Notes: generated by a model not told the origin, from the sequence alone. A stretch of 64,000 nt of DNA from Eutreptiella sp. 'Long Island Sound 2002' (GCA_964036045.1 OZ038378.1:187860001-187924000), one strand, 5' to 3'. Counted from the stretch's first letter, positions 11,271-23,931 are shown. Numbers and translations are program-made.

Positions 11271-11499
11271 ACCTGGCACCAGTCTAAAAACCCTCAGGAT
11301 GGTAGCTGTGGGACGGATTGCCCACACGCACTGCCACGCTCGAAGCCAGTTGTGATACGTCTCGATTTCTCGTGTGTCTTCCCTGTGTCAGGCCGGGCCC
11401 ACCCCGCCCGCCAACCGTCCAGGACCCCTCCCTGGGCCAGACATGCAGTCCTGTGGGGGACAGATGCACATACGTGGCCTCCCCCCGACCGCTAGACGC

Positions 11500-12030
11500 C
11501 AACGTGGCGCCTGCCCCGACAGCTCTCCGCCGACATGGCGTGGGCTCAGTGGCAGGGCACCATCGTGGTGCCGCGAACGTACCCGTGCGCCGTCGTGGTG
11601 CGGCATTCAGGGCAGAGCGCCGTCGTGGCGCGGCCTTCTCGGCAGAGCGCCGCCACGGCGCCGCCCAAACAATCCAGCGCCAACGTGGCGCCACTTCAGT
11701 GGCAGCACACCACCGGGGTGCAGCCAACGTGCACGTGTGCCGCCGTGGCGCAGTGTTCGGGGCACGGCGCCGTCGTGGCACTGCCCAGACACCCCTATGC
11801 CTCCGTGGCGCCAGTTCAGTGGCAGAGCGCCATCGTGGTGCCGCCAACGTACACGTGCGCCATCGTGGCGCAATCCTCAGGGCAGAACGTCACCGCGGCG
11901 CTGCCCAGACAGCCCTGCGCCGACGTGGCGCCAGTTCAGTGACGTGGCACCACCGTGGTGCAGTCAACGTACACGTGCGCCGTCGTGGCGCAACCTTCAG
12001 GGCAGAGCGCAACCGTGGCGCAACCGTGGC
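11500..12030. repeat. GC-rich 30-bp tandem repeat (about 120-bp higher-order period), frame-preserving
   Basis: About 17 units with core CGCCGTCGTGGCGC. They translate as xxRRGAxxxx (+) or xAPRRRxxxx (-). An 11-nt tandem duplication GCAACCGTGGC at 12009-12030 ends the register. Confidence 0.85.
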
Positions 12031-12839
12031 CCAAACGTTCTTCGTGCGCCAGCCTGGCCATGGTGTGTCCTCCAGGCCAATACTCGAGGCACCATGGCGG
12101 GGTCTGCACCTGGCGCTCCGCCACCCTCCGTGACACCCCGTGCAGAGGTGACGAGTCATCGGCGGTACTCACCGCCTCACGGGCCATCGGCGAACGTCGC
12201 CGTCTCGCTCGGGCACCATCGTGGTGCCACTTTCTCGGTCACGTACCGTCTCGGTGCACGTATCGTAGGGCTCGTCGTTTGGGCTCGGCCTTTGCGGCCG
12301 GGCGTCGTCGGTGACCTCCACAGCGGTGCACCACCGTGGTGCTATGGCTGTGACGCACGTCCTGCACTCACAGAACCCGGGGGTACCCAGGCCACCGGCG
12401 GTGCGCGTGATCGTGTAGCGTGACCGTACTCGCGACGCCGGCGGTACTCAGCCCGCCGGCAGTGCGCATAGTCGTGCTGGGCCGCGTTCTATTTAGCCCG
12501 GCGACGTTTGCAAGTCGGGGGTGATGCCCCGGGAGACCCACACCTTCCGTGCCCGTTGATCCTGGGACGCTACCTCGGGTGGACCCAGGACAGTTCGGAG
12601 CGGTCGGTGGCCGGGACCGGAGAGCAGATCGGACCGTAGCGTTGTCGTACACCGGCGCTTTGACCCAGACGGCCTGCTGGGAGGGGCGTCCTCAGGTGTG
12701 CGACGAGATTCGTCTTACTCTAGCGGAGGTAAGACGGAGGACTCCCTCGGCTGTGCCTGCGTGGGGCCCCCGGGGGACGACGCCAAGGCTCACCGTACGT
12801 GGGACCGCGGCAGGCGCTCCTCCTCCTCCTCCTCCTCCT

Positions 12840-13125
12840 CCTGCCCCAAGGCAGTGCAGCGGTGTGCCACCGGAGTTCCACTGCCCACTGCCCCACACAG
12901 TGCGGTAGTGTACCGCAGGAGTTCCACCGCCCACTGCCCCAGGGCGGTGGGGCAGTGTGTAGGAGGGGTTCCTCGGCCCGCAGCCTGCTGCAGTGTGGCT
13001 GTGTACAGAAGGCCCCCCCACTACCCACTGACCACTGACCACTGACCACTGCAATGTGGCAGTGAACAGAAGGATCCCTGCCGCAGTATGCCCACCGCAG
13101 TGTGGCAGTGGGAAGTATGGAAGGA
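12840..13125 (+). repeat. 47-bp hairpin satellite patch (forward orientation)
   Basis: Repeated GGAGTTCCACTGCCCACTGCCCC..GCAGTGTGGCAGTG, ending at AAGGATCTCAGCTGCC. Confidence 0.8.
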
Positions 13126-14122
13126 TCTCAGCTGCCTAGGTGCCAGCCCCACCAATGCCTGGCCAGGGCATGGAGGCACATAGGCTTGGGCCCAGCGAGA
13201 GCTTCGGTAGCAGGGCATCCCCAGGGCAGCCTGGGGCGGAAGCCGCCCAGCATCCAAGAGAGCAATGGCCCTCGTATTCTGGCCATGAATCGCTTGGAGG
13301 CAAGCCAGACCAAGGTCTACACAGCCTCTTGGAGGTGGAGGTGCGGAATTTCGAACAAATTTTTTTTCCAACAGAAACATATTTTCAACAGAAAGGTTTT
13401 CCCAATTAAAAAAGTTTTCCAAGAAAACTATGTCTTCAACAGAAAATTCTCCAACGTTTGTTTGTTGGAAAAACCAGTTTTTGGTCAGGACAACTCAATT
13501 TTTCTTGGTACAACCCACCACCGTCACTGCCCCCATTTACTGTGCTGCCTGTAGATAGTGGTGGACTAGGTGGGCTTGCTGATATGGCTCCTGGGCCGTT
13601 GTACGTACAAGCACGACCCCCATCCTCATGCCCGCCCTTAAGGAGGGCAGGCAAGGCTGAACATCCCCCAGCGGTGACCATCCACCAGACCGCAAACGGT
13701 GACATCACCCACGTCTAACTACCCCTAGCGGTCCATTCGGCCACCTTGGGGGGTTCTGCTCCCCAAATGGGGCCCTACGTAGTGAGCAGGACCTGTGTGC
13801 ACGTGTACCTTGGGGGCGCACAGTATGCACGAGTGGGGACTGGCTCCACAAACATCGAGGGGCCTTATAGCCCCTTCTGGCAGCGCCAACCCCCCGCTAG
13901 CAACAAGCCCCCAAAGACTGGACGCTAGGCCCAATACGCCCCTGCCTGTGCACCGCAGTCATCGGGGGCTGAGATGCAAACACAACCTAGGAGCGGGTGG
14001 TCTATTAGCGGGGTTGCGCGATCCAGCTCACCACGGCCATGGAGGACATCATGGCCACGATGGGATGCGGTGGTGCTCCCGATGTGCGGCTACAAGTGCA
14101 CCACACATTGCACACAACACAA

Positions 14123-14223
14123 GTTTAGACACACAACCCTCCCGTTTCGCATTATCCGCATGCAAGGGATCCCAGCCATTGCCATTTGGTAACAATGCCT
14201 TTGGCGCACGACACCACACCACT
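14123..14223 (+). mobile_element. Putative 3' end of a non-LTR element family (copy 1; copy 2 at 19519-19601)
   Basis: GTTTAGACACACAxCCCTCCCGTTTxGCATTxTCC..TGCAAG..GCCAT..TTTGGTA.CAATGCCTTTGGC is shared with 19519-19601. Both copies run into CAxCA-type repeats. Confidence 0.65.
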
Positions 14224-14639
14224 TAGTACTCCCTAGCCCTACCCACAGGTTGGGTGTTGGGTGCCAAGCCCACCCGACACGGCCTGAGCACTACCCTCAG
14301 GCGGTGTACTAACAGTGTCGGGTGTATGCGTGCTCCAGTGCTAAGCACCAGCCCCAGCATCCTGCGGCCCCTTAGTACCAGCTGCCTAGGCCTCACGAAC
14401 ATGTCAGCGACCCCCTAGGGACGCCGACCCTACCGGCCTTCCCCTCCCCCCACCGCACACAACCCCCACGCTTGAGCAGCCCCCCCCCCCCCGGCCCCCT
14501 TTGCCCCCTCTCCCATGCCCACCCACCCTCACCTGTTGCAAGTGAGACAACCGGCAATGTGGAGGCCCCCATTCAGGGCTTCAATAGCAGCGTGGCAACC
14601 CAAGTCTGAGAGAGGGTAGGAAGCAAAGGGGGCCGGTTC

Positions 14640-15850
14640 ATCGCCCACCGCTCCCTAGCCACACTGCTAGGGAGCAGTGGGCAATGGAACTCCTTCAGTA
14701 CACTGCCACACTGCTGGGCGATGGGCAGTGGATCTCCTTGCATGCACTGCCACACTACTGGGGAGCAGTGGGCAGTGGAACTCCTTCTGCACACTACCAC
14801 ACTGCTAGGGAGCACTGGGTAGTGGATCTCCTTAAGCAGGGTGCCACACTGCTGGGGAGTAGTGGGTAGTGGAACTCCTTATGCAGAGTGCCACACTGCT
14901 GGGGAGCAACGGGTAGCAGAGCTCCTTTGGTAAACCGCCACATTGTTGGGGAGCACTGGGCAATGGATGTGCTGGCACATCGCCACATTGCTGGGGAGGA
15001 GTGGGAAGTGGATGTCCTGCAGTTCACCGCCACATTGCTAGGAGCTGTGGGTAGTCGATCTCATTTGGTACACAGCCCCGCCGCTATGGAGCAGTGGGCA
15101 GTGGATCTCGTTAAGTACCCTGCCAAACCGCTAGGAAGTAGTGGCCGGTGGATCTTCTTCAACACGCAGCCACAGTGCTGGGAAGCAGTGGATAGTGAAA
15201 CTCCCTTTTGTACGCTACCACACTGCTAGGGAGTAGTGGGCAGTGGATCTCTTATAGTACACTGCGACATTGCTGCGGAGCACTGGGCAAGGGATCTGCC
15301 GCAGTACACCACTACATTGCTGGGCCACACTGTTGGGAAGCAGCGGGCAAGGGATCTTTGTTAGTACACCGCCACACTACCAGGGAGTAGTGGGGAGTGG
15401 ATCTCCTGCAATACACTGGATCTCGTTAAGTACCCTGCCACACCGCTTGGAAGTAGTGGCCAATGGATCTCCTTTTGCACCCTGCCACATTGCTGGGGGG
15501 CAGTGGGCAGTGGGCAGTAGATCTTGTGCAGCACATTGCCACACTGTTGGGGGGCAGTAGACCGTGTATCTCCCTTAGTACACTACCACACCGTTGCGGA
15601 GCAGTGGGAGTGGTTCTCCTTCAGTATGCTGCCACATCGCTAGGGAGCAGTGGGCAGTGGATCTCTTTCAGCACACTGCCATACTTCCAGTGAGCAGTGG
15701 GCAGTGGAACTCCTTCGGTACAGTGCGACACTGCCGGGGACCAATGGGCAATGGATCTCCTGCAGTATACTACCACACTGCTAGAGAGTAGTGGATAGTG
15801 GATTTCCTTCAGCACACTACCACACTATCCACTGCTCTCCTGCAGTGTGG
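14640..15850 (-). repeat. 47-bp hairpin satellite array, reverse orientation (left arm)
   Basis: About 25 degenerate units of GGAGCAGTGGGCAGTGGATCTCCTT, the reverse complement of the 16.2-19.3 kb units. Confidence 0.9.
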
Positions 15851-16195
15851 CATCCCTCAAATGGAGCCGGATCGCGGGCCAGGGAGACTGAGTGTCCCAC
15901 CGTGCCCGTGGTCGCAGCTTTTGGGACCCCCAGGGGGGATGATATCCCTCAATAGGAGCAGGATCACGGGCCGGGGGGACGGAGTGTCCCGCCGTGCAGG
16001 TGGTCGTAGCTTTCGGGGCGTTTGCAAGGGATGATAGCCACCCAAAGCAAAGGGAGAAGGATCGCGGGCTGGGGGGATGGTCCCACCATTCCGGTGGTTG
16101 CAGCTTTCGCGGTGCCTATGGGAGATGGCATCCCTCAAAAAGAGCGGGATCACGGGCCGGGGGGTCCCATTGTGCCACTGGTTGCAGCTTCTTGG
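15849..16195 (+). repeat. Four tandem copies of a 92-94-bp unit between the inverted satellite arms
   Basis: Units begin at 15849, 15941, 16033 and 16127 with (G)ATxxCATCCCTCAA..GGATCxCGGGCCGGGGG..GTCCCACC..GTGGTxGCAGCTTT. Confidence 0.85.
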
Positions 16196-19100
16196 CACCC
16201 ATTGCCCACCGCCCGCAGGTAGTGAGCCAATGTTCAAAAGGAGTTCCATTGCCCAGTTGCCCAAGGCGGCCAGGCATTGCACAGAAGAAGTTCCACCGCC
16301 CAATGCCCATAGGTGGTGTGGCGGTGTGTAGGAGTTCTGCTTACTGCCCCGAGGCAGTGAGGCATTGCACAGAAGGACTTCTACCGCCCACTACTCCTGG
16401 GCAGTGAGGTAGTCATCGGTGTGGCAGTGTGCACAAGGACTTCCACTTCCCACTGCACCCCAATAAAGTGGCTGTGCAAAATAAGTCCCACTGCCTAGTG
16501 CTCCTCATCAGTGTGGCGGTGTAGTGAAGGACTTCCACTGCCCACTACACCCCAGCAATGTGGCAAGCTACTTAAGTAGATCCACTGCCCACTGCTCCCT
16601 AGAAATTTGGCAGTGTGCTGAAGGAGGTCCACTGCACATTGCTCCCCAACAGTGTGACAATGTACTAAATGAGATCCACTCCCCAGTGCTCCCGAGCATT
16701 GTGGCACTATGCTTAAGGAATCCTGCTGCCCACTGCTCCGTGCAAAAGTCCAAGTCAATGCAACAAAAACAGAGATCTACAAGTGGAGCCCCCACACAGT
16801 GCACGAACGCGTGCAGCGGAACGGCGTCTCGAATGCAGTGCGGCCCCCATGTCTGCAATACTTGGGCCACTTTATCTGCCACCACTCCTGGGCGCACCGT
16901 GCGCGGGCAATACATAAACGTAATCAAGGCCGACCTTGCAAGGCACTGGACCCTGCCGATGGATAGTTGGGAGAGGACTAAACTGATAAATGTTGTGCTA
17001 TTGCCCAAGTGGCTGCACTGTGTCATCCTTATGCCACCTAACAAGTACTCCCACAACATTGACGCCCCGTGCTCTCACTCCGTTTGTGAGCCAACACGAT
17101 CTGAACCGCCTTGCCTGGCCCGCTGTGTCTCCACCCCGCCCAAACAAGGAGGCCTTGGCCTCCACCAGATCTTTTGGGTGTACCGGCAGCGGTTTGTGAC
17201 ATCCTTCCCACACCTGCTACGCACTCACAACGATCGATTGCCGGTACCACTGTCCTCGCCCCCTATTAGCTTGTAACGACCGCTCTTCTACTGGGCCACG
17301 ATACCGAGTAGATGTGGCAAGAAATGGAAGACATTGAAGAATGCATACAGGCGTTTGGGACATCGATTGAGCCTGTGGCTCATGTCCACCATCATTACGT
17401 GCAGCTTTATTGAAATGTGGAAGCTAGATACGTGTCTTACAACCGTCGGAGATGGTCATGGCTGCATCACCCCGCGATCTAAGGAGCGGTACGTGCTCAC
17501 AGAGCCCTCGCGCAGCAATTGCTATAGGCACATCAGGGATGGTACACCATTAACCAGTCCTTTGCGACTTGCTACGAGACCATTTCCTTGCTACAGGGAG
17601 CTACCGGTGCATGCAAATACGGCGTCATAACCACATCGCCAGGTGCTACTTTGCACAATATTGCCCACCATAGGTCACAGGCCCTATTGCGAGCACAAGA
17701 CACACCTCACCCGTGTGAAACGACAGGTCCCAAGATGGGCGTCGTACATGGTTCTGGACCCAATGTCCTTGCGCCCTTGTGGCTGTGGACCCTTTTAGGG
17801 GCTGTTGCACACACCTAGCACCAAAACACAAAAGAAAAAAAGTGTTGATGTGTGCAAAAGGAGTTCCACTACCCAATGCTCCTCAGCAATAAGGCAATGT
17901 GCCGAAGGAGATCCACTGCCCATTGCTCCCCAGCAGTGTTGGAGAGTAGGAAATAAGATCCACTGCCCACTGCTCCTTGCAGTGTGGCAGTGTGCTAAAG
18001 GAGTTCTAGTGCCCATTGCCCCTCTGCAGTGTGGCAGGCTACTTAAGGAGATCCACCCCCCCCCCCCCATTGCTCCCTAGCAGTGTGGCAGTGTGTACAA
18101 GGAGATCCACTGCCCACTACTCCCCAATAGTAAGGCAGTGTGCTGAAGGAGATCCACTGCCGATTGCTCCCCAACAATGTGGCGGTGTACAGAAGGAGTT
18201 TCACTGCCAATCTTGAGCAATGTAGCAGGCTACTTCAGGAGATCCACTACCCACTGCTGCCCAACAGTGTGACAATGTCTAGAAGGAGATCCATTGCCCA
18301 CTGCTCCCCAGCAGTGTGGCGGTGCATTAAAAGATTTCCACTACCCGCTGTGCCACTACTCCCGAGAAATGTGGCAGTGTACTGAAGGAGTTGCACTGCC
18401 CAATGCTCCCTAGCAGTGTGGTGGTGCAGTGAAGGAGTTCCACAGCCCGTTGCTGCCCGCCCTTGTGGTACTGTTCGGAAGTATGCTAAAGGAGATCCAC
18501 TGCCCACTGCTCCCCAGCAGTGCTGAAGAGTAGTAAAGGAGATCCACTGCCCACTACTCCCCTCTAAGGTGGCACTGTATTGAAGGAGTCCCAATGCCCA
18601 GTTCTCCATAGCAGCGAGGCGGTGCATTGAAGGAGTCCCACTACCCATTGCCCAGTGCCCCAAGGCCATGTGGTGGTGTGCAAAAGGAGTTCCATTGCCC
18701 ATTGCCCTCCAAGTAGTGAGTGACAAAAGGAGTTCCACTGCCCACTGCCCCAAGGCGGTGTGGCAGTGTGCGGCTTGAGTTCCACTTCCCATTGCCCCAA
18801 GGCAGTGTGGGAGTGTGCTAAAAGAGTTCCACTACCCACTCACTACCACATGCAGTGTGGCAACGTACTGAAGGATCACTGCTGCACACTACCCACTGCC
18901 CTGTGCACTGTGGCAGTAAACACAACATTCTCCACTGCCCACTGCCCGTCATAGTGAGGCCATTTACTGACGGATCCATACTACCAACTGCCTACTGCAG
19001 TGTGGCGGTATATTGAAGGATCCCCATTGCCCACTTCCCCTCGCAGTGAGGCAATGTGCAGAAGGGTCTACACTCCCCACTATCCACTCTAGTGTGGTAG

Positions 19101-19350
19101 TATACTAAAGGGTCCCCACTGCCCACTGCCCCTTGCAGCGAGGCAGTGTGCTAGAGGGTCCACACTGCCCAATGCCCACTCTAGTGTGGCGGCATACTGA
19201 AGGGTCCCCACTGCCCACTGTTCGACGCACAGAGGCAACGTACCAAAGGATCCACAGTGCCCACTGCCCACAACAGTGTGGCAGAAGACTAAGGGTTCCC
19301 CATTGCCCACTGCCGGCACAGTGTGGCAGTGTACTGAAGGATCTCAGCTG
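16195..19350 (+). repeat. 47-bp hairpin satellite array, forward orientation (right arm), interrupted by a LINE fragment at about 16790-17840
   Basis: Consensus AAGGAGATCCACTGCCCACTGCTCCCCAGCAGTGTGGCAGTGTACTG. The period was checked directly: AAGGAGATCC at 18489 and 18536. Confidence 0.9.
16790..17840 (+). mobile_element. 5'-truncated L1/Tx1-like LINE fragment
   Basis: Frameshifted LQYLGH, then WTLPMDSWERTKLINVVLLPKWLH and TPPKQGGLGL (post-RT region of L1/Tx1 ORF2). It ends in an A-rich tract at about 17823-17841. Confidence 0.8.
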
Positions 19351-19601
19351 CCCAAATGATAGCCTCATAAAGGCCCCACTAGGGCCCGGAGACACAAAGG
19401 CTTGGTGACCACCATCGGGCAGAGCACCAGGGTGTCCCCCGGACAACCGTGGACAGCAGCCGCCCGGCGCCAGAGAGGGAGACAGCCCTCTGCCACAGGT
19501 GCGCAACGCACAGCATGCGTTTAGACACACAGCCCTCCCGTTTTGCATTTTCCCGTGTGCAAGACAGCCCGGCCATCGCCTTTTGGTATCAATGCCTTTG
19601 G

Positions 19602-20101
19602 CACAACACAACACAACACAACACAACACAACACAACACAACACAACACAACACAACACAACACAACACAACACAACACAACACAACACAACACAACACA
19701 ACACAACACAACACAACACAACACAACACAACACAACACAACACAACACAACACAACACAACACAACACAACACAACACAACACAACACAACACAACACA
19801 ACACAACACAACACAACACAACACAACACAACACAACACAACACAACACAACACAACACAACACAACACAACACAACACAACACAACACAACACAACACA
19901 ACACAACATAAGACAAAACAACACAACACAACACAACATGACACAACACAACACAACGCAACGCAACGCAACGCAACACAACACAACACAATACAATACA
20001 ATACAATGCAATACAATACAATACAATACAACACAGCACAACACAACACAATACAATCCAATCCAACACAACACAACACAACGCCAAAACAACACAACAA
20101 C
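19602..20101 (+). repeat. (CAACA)n pentanucleotide microsatellite
   Basis: Perfect from 19602 to about 19908 (about 61 units), then CAATA/CAACG/CAATC variants to about 20100. Confidence 0.98.
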
Positions 20102-21797
20102 AGATCCCCTTTCAAAAAAGGCCAGAAGTAGGTGTCAAAACTAGACACCCGAGTGAGGTGCACGGTGTTCCTTTGGGGAGCAGAAGGGTCATGACTGAGG
20201 GGGCACTTCTGCACGCAGTGCACACACAGTGAAATTTTTTTGTGCCACCTGCAGTGCCAAGATCGTAATTCAAGCCCCACTCTGCTGTGAGTATCAACCA
20301 GTATCAAGAAGTATGAGGAGATGAGGATGCCTCCAGAGAAGATGATGACAAGGATGAATTTGTGTTTTGGTACCTTTTTTGCATGCTCCCAGGAGGTCAT
20401 GGTTGTCATGGGTATACCGCGTGGGTTGCAGCAACAAATGTGAATGCAATACGCATGCAGTACACACGTGGTGCTTGGTTGTCTCCTGTGTCACCAATGT
20501 GGGCAAAAGATGTTTTTAGGACATCTGTTCAGTTCATTTGCCATCGTGCAGAGGTGCCCCGTGGCAAGGCTGGGCCACACATGCACCAATCGATGAACAT
20601 TAAAAGGCAAAAAACCCAAGTGAGGGTGCGCGGATCACCTGCCAGTCGACGATTCGAATGGACCTGCCCCCTTGACCAGTAGCCCCCTCTGGGGGGTCGG
20701 GAACCCCTTTATTTGTTGGGAACAAGAAGGGTGTGTGTTGTGTCCGTAGTGGTTGTCCCTGCCACTAGGAATGGGGCATGGTCATATGTATATCATGCAT
20801 AGATCCCAAGCGATGCATTCCCCTTCTGACACCAGCCAGAGCAGTCAGTTGATGATCCTGTCTTGAATGCTACGCCATTGTGTTGCTAGTATCTTCATGT
20901 GTGCCATGAGCTGTAGATTATCCCTCAAAGGGGGAGGGGAACGCCACTTCAGCCATGTTCCTTCGAGGGTGGGAGGGAAATGTCACGTGCGGCCGCTGTT
21001 CAGGGGGGGGGTTACTATAACACATGGCCCGTAAAACTGGTTTAATTACCATCTCATGTTCACACTTGCAGAACATTGTATGTTGTATAAGATCGGACAT
21101 GGAGATCACACCACCACCACCACCACCACCAACAACAAGACACCCTGCGGCTATTCAGGACCCAATATTGTCAACTACCCGTCAAAACACACCGCATATC
21201 ACAGGAGATCTCTATTAGTTGCCCATGCAGACCAGAGTTCCACCAGAAGATCCCCACAGCCCACAGCAGTCCTGCATGAGTTTCATTCCCGAGGGCTGTT
21301 AAAGGTTGGTCAGAGACTGAACAACAAAAGCCCTATCAACAAACCCACCCCCCCCAACCCACCACAACCCCCCCCCAACCCCCCACAAGCCCAAAACCCT
21401 CCACAGCCGTCCACAACACTCCACAACTCTCCACAACCATACAACGCTCAGCAGCCTTTATGAAACCTTGTGAACCCTTAAGAACATTTAGCAGCTTTCT
21501 TCAACGCCCATGAAGTCTCAAGGCGCCCCAATGAACTGCGACAGTTGGTTGTTAGGTTGTTCGGTTGTTGAGAGTTGTTGGGTTGTTGAGGGTTCAGCGC
21601 GCATGCGGGGCGCGCAGTGCACAAGAAAAGTTTCAGCCAGTGGCCAGAACCACAGCCGCTAACAAACCACAGCTGCCGCAAACGACAGCAAGTAGCTTCT
21701 TTTTCCACCTTTTTCTGAAACCCATGGACCCCACACATTCTCATTGGCCCCGCTCACTAGTCAGCCCTTCCGTCGCGTTGCATCAGGTCTCAGCACA

Positions 21798-22393
21798 ATG
21801 TCGGGCCTCGATCTCGACGAAATGCGCCGGCAGCGCGAGGAGCGGCAGCGGAGGATCAAAGAGTCCCAAGAGAAGGCCGCGGCGTTGAAGGAGAAACGGT
21901 TGGCGCTGCAGGACAAACCGACCGCCACGATCTCTCTAAGCGATTTACTAAAGGACGACGGCAGCGACTCCGAATCCAGTGAAGCCTCCGCGAAGCAAGA
22001 CGCTGGTACTGCAGCCCCTGTACCCGTGGCTGCCGCTACCACGGCAGCCGATGCATCCCCTGGACCGGCTGCTGACGCGTCCCCTCGACCCGCCGCTGGG
22101 GCCAGTGTCTCGAGCGCCCCACCAGCCGCCCAGCCCGCGCTCAGTACCTCCTCCGCCAGTGCAAGGGTGGCCTCGACGCCCGCCACGACGGTCCAAGCGA
22201 GCCCGATCTCGCCCATCGTGGCGCCGGAAATGCTGCCGCTGAGCGACGCGGGGGGGCAGCCCTCCCCCGTCAATGCGCAGGGGCCGGGCCCGGCCCGGCG
22301 CGGCAGCAACGCCAGCGTGGCCTCCATTGAGTACGAAATCCCGTGTGTGGACCGTGCGACCCAGACCATCTGCGAAGCGTCGACGCAGACTGA
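21798..22393 (+). CDS. Exon 1 of low-complexity protein with N-terminal charged helix and tandem TQT motifs
   Basis: A pyrimidine tract and CAG (21791-21793) lie 4 nt before ATG 21798. The exon encodes MSGLDLDEMRRQREERQRRIKE, an Ala/Pro/Ser-rich linker, then RATQTICEASTQT. Donor GA|GTCGGT at 22394 (phase 2). Confidence 0.8.
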
Positions 22394-23181
22394 GTCGGTT
22401 GTTGCTTGTCCCCTGAACTGCTGTGTTTGTACGCCATGATTAGTCAAGCGGACCCCCCGCCCCTCCCGCTGAAGCACTTTGTAGTGTGTGCTCCTTTGCT
22501 AAACATCCCAGTAATGGGCCTCCCAAAGTAAGGTTCTGTGTCGACACAGGAGTGGGCAGAGATTACTTGGGGCGATGGACCAGATTACCCCCCTTACAAA
22601 AAAGATACCCCCAAAAGAACAAGAACTAGTTCTCTAGTTCTTGAATTTGGTACAACCGGTGGCGGTCTTGGTTGGGGTTCCTATTTTTGGGGGTGGATCC
22701 GAATTTCTTGCCCCTTGCTCTCTCCTTGCACCCAAAGTGTAAGAAGATGCAGGCAACAGCACATTTGTTCCTCATCTTGGCCTGTTGCTTGTCGGGCCCA
22801 AGGTGCTTGTAGGGAATAGGGAATAGGGAAGCGTAAGCTGGTTTCAACAACACCGCAGGTGATTCTTATTTTGGGGTGGTTCTTAGTTTGTGCCCGGTTC
22901 TTGTTTTTTTTTGGGGGGGGGTTGCAGCATGCGGCATACTACTGGGGAAGCACAGGGCTGATTGAAGCGCAGTAGTACCAGGAACTGTGCGTCCAAGACA
23001 CAGGCGGGTGTCTGTTCTGAGCCTGCGAGCCGGCCCCTGGAACGACCCTTCAGCCGCTCCCAATGATCAACGACGAACAATACCACCTTTATCCCCCCCC
23101 CCCCCCCCAGGGCTTTCTCGCCATTTGTGAGCCTAGACTGCAGTGGGGCTGGCATGCCCGTGAGTCAGCGGTTGGCGGTAG

Positions 23182-23931
23182 GTGATTGCGTTCCACGGAC
23201 AGCAGTTGGTAGGTATGTGGCCCCCATTTCAAGCCTCACTCTGCTCTGGGTATAAACCAGTGTCATGTCGACCCCCCCCCCCTGTTAGTTTGGCCTTGGG
23301 GTCCGCCTGCACATTGTCAACCATTTCCAGCAGCACTGCAACTCCCGGTGCTGTTCGCAATGCACTAGCTTTGTGGGGCCGTGTGTTTGACCTCTGGGGT
23401 ATTGTGCCAGGCCACATGATCCTTTTTCATTACTTAGATGACTTCCTGATTTTGGGAGGGAGCCCTCAGGAATTGACACAGGTGACCCGCAAGGTGGTTG
23501 ATGCGTTGCGGAGGGCAGGATTTTTGGTGTCACCCAAGTCGGTTCTGGAGCCTGTTATCAGGATTCTCTTTTTGGGCAAGTTCATCGATACGTGTGAGCG
23601 GAAAATATGGTCTCATCCTAGGGCATTTCTTCAGATTTTTGCCCAGTGGATTCGGCTAGCTACGGCAGCGCACCCGCACCCGAGGCACCGGAATAAAGTG
23701 CTTGGGTTCATTCAGTGGCATGTGCGACCGTGGAGGGGTATGAGGCCGTTTCTGGTGGGTGCGTATTGCTGCCAGCGGTGGGGTGCAGATGGACAACAGA
23801 TTCCCCCTCAAGGTCCTTCATGGATTGCCGATGGCCATTATTTATGCTATGGAACCATGGTTAACCCCTCCACAGCCACGGTTGTCGGGTGTTGCCCCCT
23901 CCCCGTGCCCCCTCCCCAGCTCACCCCATGA
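23182..23931 (+). mobile_element. Degenerate DIRS/Ngaro-type (tyrosine-recombinase retrotransposon) reverse transcriptase, inside intron 1 of the TQT gene
   Basis: FHYLDDFLILG (YLDD at 23431-23442) followed by LRRAGFLVSPKSVLEPV..ILFLGKFIDT, the RT_DIRS1-type palm/thumb pattern. The upstream region is degraded. Confidence 0.8.

Noticed and set aside
14640-19350. CRISPR-like array (palindromic repeats at regular spacing)
   Set aside because: The whole 47-bp unit is repeated and degenerate, with no unique spacers and no cas genes. It is a satellite.
19602-20101. Telomeric repeat
   Set aside because: It is internal, follows a conserved dispersed block, and does not resemble the TTAGGG repeat known from euglenozoans.
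19105-20409. Long ORFs (434 aa VVLCC repeats; QHNTT repeats)
   Set aside because: These are translations of the stop-free (CAACA)n microsatellite in all frames.
21798-22393. Naming the gene cytoplasmic dynein intermediate chain
   Set aside because: The N-terminus is similar, but no WD40 exons were found and the phase-compatible downstream exons are low-complexity.
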